Below are positions 53,758 through 64,000 of a stretch of 64,000 bases of DNA, piece by piece. Made by a program: the position numbers and the translations under genes. A model generated the notes under the pieces. That model ran no database searches. It had not been told where the DNA came from and saw only the letters and a program-made list of their open reading frames with translations. The first letter of the stretch is position 1; every line of letters begins with the position of its first letter. The stretch lies in NCBI RefSeq assembly GCF_006345805.1, contig NC_043001.1, forward strand, positions 21,948,001 to 22,012,000, given 5' to 3'. Origin of the DNA: Octopus sinensis (taxonomy: Eukaryota).

Positions 53758-54667
53758 TAGCCATGTTGAGTTGTTCCATCTGTTGAACATAGAGTTCCGC
53801 GTTGACCGATTGGTTCCATTCAAGCAAGTCATAATGGATAATCCCTTCCAGTCCCACCATATGCACAATGTCGTTTTACATAGATGAAGATCTTGTTTCA
53901 TGCGCGGTGTCGCTTGTTTATTGGGGCTAAGCCATTCCTTACACTGCTTCATATCAATGTACAGGCACCATTTTTTGTCGCCAGTAACGATTTGGTCAAG
54001 AAATTGTTGCTTGTGTCCATGAGTTGAGTAGTGACAAGCAAGCAAATCAGCAGAGATTGTGGCTCGTTGATTTTTGTTGTCACTTAAAGCATGCGGATTC
54101 CATGCTCCATACTTCTGAACCTTTCCCATTAAGTGAAGATGCTTCTCTATAGCAGTATGGGAGCATTCAATTTTCTCTGCCAGTTCCCTTGTCGTTTGAT
54201 GAGAGTTTACATGCAAAAGTTGGAATCGCTCTTCATTGAACTCAACTGGATGGCCAGTATGAGGTGCATCTTTGAGGTCAAAATTTCCATTTTTGAACTT
54301 GGCATACCAATCACGAATGGTTCTTTCAAGTATGGCACCCTCTCCATACACAGCACAAATGTCGCGAGCAGCTTTTGTGGCCTTAGAACCTTGATTAAAA
54401 GCAAAAAGGAGGTGTCGAAAATGCTCACTTATCTTAACTTGACATTCCATTTTAATGATCTGAAAATAAACAAAAATTAACTAGAATTAACTAGAAAAAA
54501 AAAAAAGATTCCAAAATGATTCAGAAATAGAATTCTCAAAAAAAAAAAAGATTCCAAAATGATTCAGAAATAGAATTCTCAAAAAAAAAAAAAAGATTCC
54601 AAAATTTTAAAATGCAATAAATTCCAAAATTTAAAAAAAAATGCCAGGAACTTAGTTGCCAACCCAA
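53758..54667 (-). mobile_element. Mariner transposon (mellifera-like), 3'-truncated and frameshifted
   Basis: ORF 54450-53737 has the mariner HTH region, GAWNPHALS (WVPHEL-like), IVTGD and CIWWD. 5' TIR TA|TTGGGTTGGCAACTAAGT ends at 54667. Confidence 0.92.
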
Positions 54668-55011
54668 TACTCCACTTGAAATGTTACAAATGTAGGAATT
54701 TCTTTCAGACCTGGTTTTTTAGTTTGAGGATTTTCTCCCTTCATTCTTGAAGGCCCTGAAAAGTTCATGGACATTTCCTTCCTTTCTGACTAAGCAATAC
54801 TCTTTAGAGCAGTACATTCTTCCTACTCATAAACAGCAGTACAGATTACATCTGCTTGACATCACGGTATCTGTGGGTCCTTTCATACTGACCACTTGTC
54901 TATAACATAGCCAAGTCTGCATCCTAAAAGCTGGGCTTCCTCTTCATGATTAGAAAATATTTCAGTTTTTAATAGCTGGAAACCTACTGAATACCAGTGC
55001 AATCCTTAGAG

Positions 55012-55235
55012 TATTCTCTCTTTTATCTCTCTTTTACTTGTTTCAGTCATTTGACTGCGGCCATGCTGGAGCACCACCTTTAGTCGAGCAAATCGACCCC
55101 AGGACTTATTCTTTGTAAGCCCAGTACTTATTCTATCGGTCTCTTTTGCTAAACCGCTAAGTGACGGGGACGTAAACACACCAGCATCAGTTGTCAAGCA
55201 ATGCTAGGGGGACAAACACAGACACACAAACACAT

Positions 55236-55280
<45 letters not shown>

Positions 55281-55434
55281 TACGACAGGCTTCTTTCAGT
55301 TTCCGTCTACCAAATCTACTCACAAGGCATTGGTCGGCCTGGGGCTATAGCAGAAGACACTTGCCCAAGATGCCACGCAGTGGGACTGAACCCGGAACCA
55401 TGTGGTTGGTTAGCAAGCTACTTACCACACAGCC
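55012..55434 (-). mobile_element. SINE family 1
   Basis: Family sequence. Confidence 0.88.
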
Positions 55435-55944
55435 GCTTACAGATGGTATATCTAGACCAGTGTATGTGTCTTGCATACACAGAAACATACTAAGTAGCAT
55501 CCAAAAAAGAAACCTATTCAATTCAATTCATAAACTTTCATTCTACACTCTATAGCAACGACCAGACCACTGATGTGCAGTATCCACTCCCTATTTCTTC
55601 TATTGTTACACAACAGTTCCTGTTCTCTTGAAGCTGCAAACTCTTTTCTGATGTATCCACCTTTTCTCTAATCTTTCCTACTTTGTCTCAAATGTTTTCC
55701 CTCCCAACTTCTATAACTTCTCTGGTCACCAATGAAAGCCAGAAAGTAAGTTATTTTCCAAGACAGCAAATAGTGTGAGAAAAAGAATGAAAGTTAAATA
55801 TTTGCAAAACTTACTCTGTTGCAATGAAATAGTAATTTTCCCTTTTTTTTTTCCTTCCACTTGGGTGAATAAACTTTGTAAGTATTATATGGAAAGGTAT
55901 TTCATGAAGTGAAATGATGTGTAAATTGTTCACTGATCACCATT

Positions 55945-56498
55945 ATGCGGATGCTCAAAGGGGCTGAGGCAATGACGAAAGACCGAGATCTCTGGAGATA
56001 TGCTGTGACTGCAAAGACCTGACAAATAATGTGAGTTCATGGCTGTTTCCTGCACCAGCTTCACATAGCAGCCCCATCCCATCCAAAGTACCTTGGATCG
56101 CAGGACGGCCTGCTGTGCTTACCTTGGATCGTAGGGCGACCTGCTGTGCTTGAGGAGACCTATTGAGTCAAGTACATCAACATCAAAATAAAAATCAAAT
56201 GGAAATTGTAGTTGTGATACCTGTGCTGGTGGCATGTAAAAAGCACCATCCGAACGTGGCTGATGCCAGCGCCACCTTGACTGGCTTCCGTGCTGGTGGC
56301 ACGTAAAAAGCACCAACCGATTGTGGATGTTGCCAGCCTCCCCTGGCACCTGTGCCGGTGGCACGTAAAAAGCACCCACTACACTCACAGAGTGGTTGGT
56401 GTTAGGAAGGACATCCCAGTGCAGTCTCCTAGCTCCCCAGACCCCGGTCGAACCGACCAACCCATGCTAGCATGGAAAACGGACGTTAAACGATGATG
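55945..56498 (+). mobile_element. RTE LINE 3' end: last codons (LKGAEAMTKDRDLWRYAVTAKT*) plus full 3' UTR and (GAT)n tail
   Basis: Coding end is continuous with the abundant (GAT)n-tailed repeat. Confidence 0.88.
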
Positions 56499-56587
56499 AC
56501 ATTGACCATTTTTGTGGACACACAACTGTGTTATTGATGAGCATTGTAATTTGCTTGAAGCATCGTAGTACAGAAGTAGAATGAATG

Positions 56588-56865
56588 AATGAAATGAGAG
56601 GTAAGGAAAACGTCTAACAATACAGTAAGTTTAAAAAGCCTTTATATTTCAGGTGCAAAAGCTTATCTTCAGAAGACAATCCTGCCATTTGATAGATAGC
56701 AGGATTATCATAGCTCTTGCTATTTTGTATAGTCTGGTGTAAACTATCCAAAAACGGCAGGAACTTTGACTGTATTCTTCTGAAGAATATATTTGCACCC
56801 GAAATATAAAAGGTTTTTTTAACCTTTCAGCATTGTTAGACGCTTTCCTTATTTCTTATTTCATC
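56588..56865. mobile_element. Foldback element with degenerate hammerhead cores in both arms
   Basis: Arms are reverse complements; each has CTGAAGA...GAAATATA. Confidence 0.75.
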
Positions 56866-56968
56866 CAGTGTCCTACTTGCGCAAGTGATTTTTTGATATT
56901 TTTGTTGAATATGTTTGTTTTAAATTTATATGAAATTTTAGGGAAAATCTTATTTACTTATTTTCTAG

Positions 56969-57134
56969 GCTGAACTCCCAAGTGTTGTTGGGATTGTGGA
57001 TGAAGAGGTTCCATTTACAGAAAATGAAGCTGAGAGCTTGCCAAAGAATGAAAGAAAGTACTATATTGATACTAACTATTTGAAGGTGCCAAGAAAAGGA
57101 ATGGAAATATCTACATTCCTGAAAGATGGCATGA
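56969..57134 (+). CDS. ACTL6: ACTL6 coding exon: AELPSVVGIVDEEVPFTENEAESLPKNERKYYIDTNYLKVPRKGMEISTFLKDGM(I)
   Basis: YYIDTN.L.VPR..ME....LK.GM is the ACTL6 signature. Acceptor ttttctag, donor gtaagt, 166 nt, in frame with the flanking exons. Confidence 0.95.
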
Positions 57135-58755
57135 GTAAGTCTTTTTTGAGTAACTTCTTTTTTGAAACAAAACAACAAAATAAGTTGAGAATTTTTTTCC
57201 CCCACACTCCCCTCCTGACACACCTTTGTGGCTCCTCTGCCATTTCATTGATGTTTTCCTGAAAGATCTAGAGCACCATTATAGAATATTCCTTGAAAAA
57301 GACATTGCTATGATGAGTATTGTTAACATACAGACAAATTTGCCACACCTGGTTGGATACTCAGAATGTAAAAGAACTAGAACAAATATCACAAATCATT
57401 TTGTCGAATGTTCTAATAATTCTGTCAGTTCACCAACTTGGTCTGGTGCCTAATCTTATCAACCTCAGGAGGTTCAAAAAGATGAAGTTGACCCTGGTGA
57501 GATTTGAACTCAGAATGTAAAGAACCAGAACAAGGCATTTTATCTCATACTCTGACAGTTCGATCAATACATCGTCATAGATGTTTTACTAGGCTGTTTA
57601 TCATATCATTGTTATTGGATCATTCAGAGACTCACAGCATTCTCAATGGAATTGATCTCACCATGTCATTGTTCAAAATTTTTCTGAAAATACAGACGGC
57701 ACAGACATGGCTGTATGATTATAAGTTCACAACCATGTGGTTCTTGTTTTGACCACACTGCCTGGCACCTTGGACAATACCATCTACTATAGATTAGTGC
57801 TTTGTGAGTGGATTTTGGTAGAAGAAACTTTGCGCAGAAGCCCATCGTGTGTGTATGTGTCATCATCATTATCATTTTAATGTCCACTTTTCCATCCTTG
57901 CATGGGTCGGATGGAATTTGCTAAGACAGATTTTCTTTGGCTAGATACCCTTCCTGCTACTAATCTTTACTTGTTTCCAAGCATAATAATGTGTCCCCTT
58001 GGCCAGACATGTTTTTCACAGAAGACTGGAAATGGACAACATACTTACACGATAGTGACCCTTGTTTACTACCATCCTGTGATGTTGGTCAGTACAGTGG
58101 TACACACAAATGTATACATAGACACTCAGACACACACACACATGCACAAAATGGGCTGAAATAAGTACTGGTGTTGATATGATCAACTAAATCTTTGAAG
58201 GCAGTGCTTTAAGGGTATGAGTCAATTTGGCACAGCTGCTTTGGCACCACTTACTTGGCATTGCCGATTTGACACTGACTTATTTGACATCAGGCATTTT
58301 AATGTATCTTTCATCCTCTCACCCTCCTGCACTCTCTGTGTTTATGTATGCGGAAATGGTTATATCAATAATTTCAATTAATAAATTGTAATGTCTGTCT
58401 GTCTGTCTCTCCCTTCTTGCCCTCTTCTTATCTGTATGTGCATATTCTTGTGTGTGTTTGTGTCCTCTCCTCCAACTCCAAAAAGTACCGTCACTAAAAT
58501 GGAATCAGTACCAATCCAGTCAAATCATCAGTGTCCAAACACCTGTGCCCAGCTGTCTCATTCTGGTGCCCCAGCATAGCTGCAGTTCATAAAAGAATAA
58601 ATACATTTTTATCTCCACTGCTTCTTTTTTCCCCCTTTTGTTAATGTCTTTATTCCACTCCAATTTTTGCTGTATTTTTCATACATTGACTTAATATTAG
58701 CTTATTTAAAAGTGCAACCCAAATTTTATTTTAATGTTTGCTCTCTTTTAATCAG

Positions 58756-58856
58756 TTGAAAACTGGGAGACCTATGAGAAGATGGTCGATTATGTGTATT
58801 CTCGTCACATCAAATCTGAACCTCATCTTCATCCTGTCATGATGTCAGAGCCTGCT
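58756..58856 (+). CDS. ACTL6: ACTL6 coding exon: (I)ENWETYEKMVDYVYSRHIKSEPHLHPVMMSEPA
   Basis: Matches actin-fold segment EDWD...H.KSE..LHPVLMSE. Acceptor ttttaatcag, donor gtaagt, 101 nt. Confidence 0.96.
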
Positions 58857-59195
58857 GTAAGTTTTTTAAATTTCAGTCTGTTTAATTAAGGGATAAACAT
58901 AGATAAATTGTAATATATTCATGTAAGATCATATTTAACACGTTTGAATGTATTCGGACATGATAAAACCTTTAGCTGTGGAGATAGTCTTCTCCACTTA
59001 GACATATGTTGAATTACATTTGTTTTGAACTGTGAGCAACATTGGATTATAGGACCCAAGCATTTCTGAGTTGTTTTGCTTCATCAGCTATGAAAACCAA
59101 ATCAGTCACTCACAATCCATTTAGAAAACAGTTATTCTTGTTAAATCAGTGTATGGAATGTTTGCTGATGTGCAAAACGCTTGGTCAAGCTAGAA

Positions 59196-59264
59196 TTAAA
59201 TAATGTTGCATGAAGCAGCATTGAATAAAATATATTTAGCACTGCTTCATGCAACATCATTTAA
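59196..59264. other. 69-nt hairpin in an ACTL6 intron (pre-miRNA-like or tiny foldback element)
   Basis: Perfect 16-bp stem atgttgcatgaagcag/ctgcttcatgcaacat plus 6-bp outer and 7-bp inner extensions. Confidence 0.6.
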
Positions 59265-59386
59265 TAAATGATAATGATAAATTCTAATTTTAATTCAGAT
59301 AACTTCTAATGTGATGTTACTAAAAAGTCATGTGATATCTTTTGTTCTTTTTTTCTGTTAAACAAATAAAAAGAAGTTAATTCATT

Positions 59387-60243
59387 TACAAGGTGTGGTG
59401 AGTAAACTGTTGTCTAAATTACGCAAAAATGAAAATAACACCGACATCTCATTTTAACAGATATATTTACCAGAATTACATAAAAATGTTTTGAAATACT
59501 AAAGAGTAAATTTATTCAATAAAATCACCCTTGGCTTCAATCACAGCCTCCAGATTACTTCGGAATCTCCTGCTACTCTTCTGGATGGTCTCCTTGTTTA
59601 AGTTGATGAATGCTGTCATAATCCTTGCCTTCAGTTCATCTTTGGTGTTACAAGGAGTTTTGTTGTCCTCTCACTCAACTGTGCCCCACACATAATAATC
59701 AAGGGAGTTGCAGTGTGGGGAGTTAGGTGGCCAGATGTTAGGGGTGATGTGGTCACAAAAATTGTCTGACAGCCACGACTGGGTTCTCCTGCTTGTGTGG
59801 CATGGCACAGTCCTGTTGCAGACACAGGGTCTTCCAGCAGCCACCCTCTTGACCCAGGGCAGCACTACCTCCTCCAGGCACTTGATGTGGGCCTCTGTGT
59901 TGAGTGTGAGGCCATGTGGGAAGATGAATGGAGGCATAACATTGCAATCACTAGTGATCACTTCAGACACCAGGATGTTTGATTTTTATCACTCTCGATG
60001 CATGTCCTCAGATTGACACCCAAATATTCTGAAATATATTTGAGCTTCCAGTGCAAATGCCAAGCACTACAGCATGTTGTTTCCAAATTTGTGGCAGAGT
60101 GAATTATGTCATGGTGCTGTTTTTTCACAGATGGTGCCCAACTGACCCTACTATACTGTGTAGCCAACAAAATCAAAAACAATCAATGCAAATGCATGAA
60201 ATTAAAAATATAAAATGGGAGTCAATTTACTCAATTTACTGTA
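59387..60243 (-). mobile_element. Internally deleted IS630-Tc1-mariner element, probably maT/DD37D
   Basis: Minus strand VITSDCNVMPPFIFP...QQD.APCHTS...WPPNSP.CN.LDYYVWG; ends approximate. Confidence 0.75.
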
Positions 60244-60524
60244 TGTGTTGTGCACAATATGGAGGATGTACCATATTTGGAAACATTTGGAATGCGCATT
60301 TTTCTCCACTACCAAAAGTCTCAAAAAATTGCCCTGGGTTTTATATACAAAGTTAGACATAAAACACATACTGTAATGTACTAAAACTTTCTTTTCTGAA
60401 GATGTACTACTGTAATTGGGGTACATCTAATATACCCCCTTCATCTTTTATGCCATCAAATTCCATACAGCTCTGATTCTAATTTACTTGTTTATATCTA
60501 GGCTTGTTTTCTTTTATCTTGCAG

Positions 60525-60622
60525 TGGAACACAAAAGCTAAACGAGAAACATTAACTGAAGTCATGTTTGAGAAATATAATGTTCCAGCATTCTTCCTCT
60601 GTAAAAATGCTGTTCTGTCCGC
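60525..60622 (+). CDS. ACTL6: ACTL6 coding exon: [32 protein letters not shown](A)
   Basis: Matches [33 protein letters not shown]. Acceptor tcttgcag, 98 nt, followed by GTATCCTTT. Confidence 0.96.
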
Positions 60623-60631
60623 GTATCCTTT
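60623..60631 (+). other. U12-type (minor spliceosome) 5' splice site GTATCCTTT
   Basis: Exact match to the RTATCCTTT consensus exactly where ACTL6 homology ends. Confidence 0.9.
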
Positions 60632-60667
60632 TAATCAGTAATTTTAACTTTTTAGATAGTTATTTAA

Positions 60668-60886
60668 CCCATTTGTTACTAACCCAGCTGAAACAGCCTC
60701 TGGCACTGTGGTACAAATGTCTTGTCAAAAGTTTTGAATTAAAATCTTACGCCAAACCTTAGTCACAATTTATGTTCCTAACTCCAACTTAATGATGACT
60801 AAGTTATTTTACTAAATTCTTTGTTATATTTAAAATTAATTGAAAGAAACACAGAGCATCTCAAAGTAAATATGGTAACAAAAGAG
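60668..60886. mobile_element. piggyBac-type MITE family B, 45 nt downstream of the U12 donor
   Basis: TTAA on both flanks, family sequence. Confidence 0.8.
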
Positions 60887-61015
60887 TTAAACTATGAACA
60901 AATGTGTTAAATTTAGAATCAATGTCCTTGATACAAGGTCATCTATTTTCCCTAGGTGTTGAAGACCTATTAAGCAATCCACTGCTGTTCCTACTAGAAC
61001 AGATTTCTATATTAA

Positions 61016-61505
61016 CCCTTTAGCATTTAAACCAGCCATATCTGGCCAAAGTATTTTATGTTCAGACCAGCTAGATCTGACCTCTCACACCTACTCTGCA
61101 ATGTCATTCTAAAAATAAATAATTACATTATCGAAATTTCTAAGCTATGTGATAATGCAGATTAATTCAAAACAATGTGAAAAAATAAGCATTACATTTG
61201 ACTGAGTAATCATCATCATCATCGTTTAACATCTGTTCTCCATGCTAGCATGGGTTGGACGGTTCGACCGGGGATCTGGGAAGCCAGAAGGCTGCCCCAG
61301 GCTCCAGTCTTATCTGGCAATGTTTCTACAGCTGGATGCCCTTCCTAACGCCAACCACTCCGTGAGTGTAGTGGGTGCTTTTTACGTGCCACCTGCACAG
61401 GTGCCAGGCGAGGCTGGCAACGGCCACGGTCGGATTGGTGCATTTTACGTACCACCGGCACGGAAACCAGTCGAGGCGGCGCTGGCTAATCTGAATACTA
61501 AAGGG
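61016..61505. mobile_element. Family A MITE interrupted by an RTE 3' UTR fragment (61212-61486, -) with 5-bp TSD taatc
   Basis: taatc at 61207-61211 and 61487-61491. Confidence 0.82.
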
Positions 61506-61700
61506 TCAACGTAATTCCTAGTGAGATTACTTTTGCAGAAACCAGAAAGTCTTCACCTTTCCCTTGCAAAGTATTGGTATTTCCTTATTTTTATTAGATT
61601 ATTATAGCTTTAAACATTAAAGCAGATATATGATGGTATAAAACATGTGTGCGTAAAAGAAAACAAAATCTGTGATAATTTACATATTTATGTATATTAA

Positions 61701-61916
61701 CCTTTTAGCATTCAGATTACTTTGTCAAATGTAATAATTATTTATTCACATTTTATAAAGTTAATCCTGTATTATCTCATAACTTTGAGATTTCGAAGAT
61801 GTGTCTGCTTATTTTTAGAATGACACTGCAGGGTAGGTGTCAGAGACTGGATCTGGTTAGTTTGAACATAAAACAGAATATTTGGGCCAAATGTAGTCAG
61901 TTTAAGTGCTAAAGGG
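61701..61916. mobile_element. piggyBac-type MITE family A
   Basis: TTAA-CCTTTTAGCATT...AGTGCTAAAGGG. Confidence 0.78.
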
Positions 61917-62668
61917 TCAAGAGATTCTGTATTGCAACTCATCTCCATAACTGCGAGTTAACAGCTTTCCCTGTGCACTCTGTCATAAATTCTAAAATAT
62001 CTTATATCTCCAAATTCTAATATTTGGTGGTAAATGTTGAAACAAAGTTTTAACTGCTGTATTTCAAGATAAGTAACTTAAAAGAATATGAGAAAGACTT
62101 TACAGGGGCAGGGTCTTATCTTGCAAGTTGCTTGGTGACCTCATTAATGACAATGCCATGTAAAATGTACCCAGTGCACTCTGTAAATTTGACTGGTTTT
62201 AGGAGAGGCTTGTAGCCATAGAAACAAACATTGGAGCTTGGCACAGCCCTTTGGCTCATTGGCTTCTGTCAAACTTTTCTAACCCATGCTAGCATGAAAA
62301 ATGGACATTAGATGATGATGGTGAGAAAAGTTAGTCCACATTACTCCATAAGAAATATAGTTGTGACCATTTCATACCAGTGGATATGATTTGGGGCTAC
62401 CTCCTTGATTTCAGACCAAGGGAGAATGATTGCTTCTGCTTCATCCTCCATGCCAACAATGCTGAAGAAACGTAAATTACAGGAGAAAATGAGGTGTGTG
62501 TAAAACATCAGGTTGTAGACGTACAGTCTGGCGGAATAACATTCGTAAGACATGAATAAATTCAGTTGCACTTACTTCAATTTAAAGGTTTTTTCAAGTT
62601 GGAGGTGATGTCAGTTCCATTATACAATACAATGTGAGTCAAATGTCATAATGTAGATATAAATTTTT

Positions 62669-62856
62669 TGGCGTTAGGAAGGGCATCCTTGGCGTTAGGA
62701 AGGGCATCCTGGCGTTAGGAAGGGCATCCAGCTGTAGAAACACTGCCAGATCTGACTGGGCCTGGTGGAGCCTTCGGGCTTCCCAGACCCCAGTTGAACC
62801 GTCCAACCCATGCTAGCATTGAAAGCGGACGTTAACGATGATGATGAGGATGATGA
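62669..62856 (+). mobile_element. RTE 3' UTR fragment with a triplicated 5' 20-mer
   Basis: tggcgttaggaagggcatcc three times, then normal family sequence. Confidence 0.85.
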
Positions 62857-63261
62857 AATCTTACTTTAGACATCAGTTTCAGCAAACAAGGTAACAACGA
62901 TATAAGCTTCATAACAGCTTTAAAATAAACGAAGATGAATGTCAGATGGAGAAGAGGGAAATTGCTCCAGAGTGGTTAAAGCAACTTTGGCTTAATAGTC
63001 ATAATGACTAAAATAGTACCAAGTTAAACTTCCATGCTCTGTTAAAAGTGATAGAAGGAGCAGCTGGAAAATACATAGTCGACAGTTCAATGTCTTCACA
63101 GCAACTGACTGAACTTTTAGTCTTGGATGTGCCTTAGACTTGGGCGGAAGTTGATGTTTGAATTTTTGCAATGCTAACCTTAACTGGTCAGTGCCTGTCT
63201 CAAACAACTAACTCATGCTACAGTAAAAAAAAAAAAAAAAAAAAAAAATCATTTCTTACTA

Positions 63262-63430
63262 CAAGGTTATCCAACTTTCCTCTTTCCTTCAGGTTGCCAA
63301 TCTAACACTTGTCTTGCATTGCTTCTTGGTGATCTCCTTAGAGTGTGATCGTTCCAGCCCCGTTTCCTTTTCAGAATTTCTTGGTTGATGAGAGTCTGGT
63401 TCATTCTATCTCACAAACTTCTGTCTGAAA
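63262..63430 (-). pseudogene. Degenerate RTE-like C-terminal remnant
   Basis: Minus strand QTLINQEILKRKRGWNDHTLRRSPRSNARQVLDWQPEGKRKVG. Confidence 0.5.
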
Positions 63431-64000
63431 TTTCATCTAGTCACTGGCAAAGGTCTGTAGCTTACTCTTTATAGCTTTGGTGACCCTCCAAGTTTCTGAC
63501 CCTGATTAGGAAACCATTGTACAAAATTAGTTTCTCTATTAATTTGTTGGAGGTTTTTTTTTCCCCTGCAAACATGCAAAGAAGGAGTTGTAAAATACCA
63601 TCTGGTAAAAGGTGGCACTGAGTTACAAAGATTTGAGAACCATTGACTTCAGTGTAGAAATTATTCAAAATGAATATGTTTGAATTATAATTCTCTGCTA
63701 GGTTAAATTTAAAAGTATTTCAATATCAGAAATGGAATTTTAAAGATTTTAGTTGGGGTTTGAGTAGCACATACTTTTTTAATGAGTAAACAGTCTAAAA
63801 ACATATCAGTATCCAGAAATATTCTGTTGTCAGATATTTGGTTGTAATTGTCATGTTAATATTTGGATTAATAAGCAACACACAGTAAAGTATGTTTAGT
63901 TATGTGTGTATCTGGTCTTAAAAATTTAATGAAAACATGAATCCAACTTCAGCATTGAACTACAAGGTTCACCAAGGGAAGTAATCATAACTCTGTAAAA

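Noticed and set aside
63176-63191. U12 branch-like aaccttaac followed by AG
   Set aside because: Spacing is short and the downstream sequence does not encode the expected FANGRSTG exon.

Overview
AT-rich, repeat-saturated eukaryotic genomic DNA. The SINE, RTE and MITE families and the very long (TA)n tracts suggest an octopus (coleoid cephalopod) genome; this is inference from recalled repeat families, not a database match. One host gene is firmly identifiable: ACTL6/BAF53 (Arp4-class actin-related subunit of BAF/NuA4/INO80), + strand. Four coding exons are visible (48333-48409, 56969-57134, 58756-58856, 60525-60622). The first coding exon was not found and the gene continues past the window. 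The intron after the last visible exon begins GTATCCTTT, a minor-spliceosome (U12) donor. Most of the remaining sequence is transposon-derived: several tRNA-derived SINE families, many 5'-truncated RTE LINE ends with (GAT)n tails, a nest of RTE ORF remnants, a CR1 end, a mellifera-type mariner, a probable maT/DD37D remnant, two TTAA-flanked piggyBac-type MITE families, hAT and Tc1 MITEs and a Helitron-like end. The most unusual signal is a set of unrelated foldback (palindromic) elements carrying minimal hammerhead-ribozyme cores of the Penelope-like type (best at 43199-43233 and 28829-28891). Other leads are a pre-miRNA-like hairpin in ACTL6 intron sequence, a near-perfect 75-bp-stem hairpin, a candidate 24-nt microexon in a repeat-free island and an unexplained 135-bp duplication. 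Nearly all ORFs in the supplied track are artefacts of microsatellites and repeats. Repeat boundaries are read by eye and are approximate unless a TSD or TIR is quoted.
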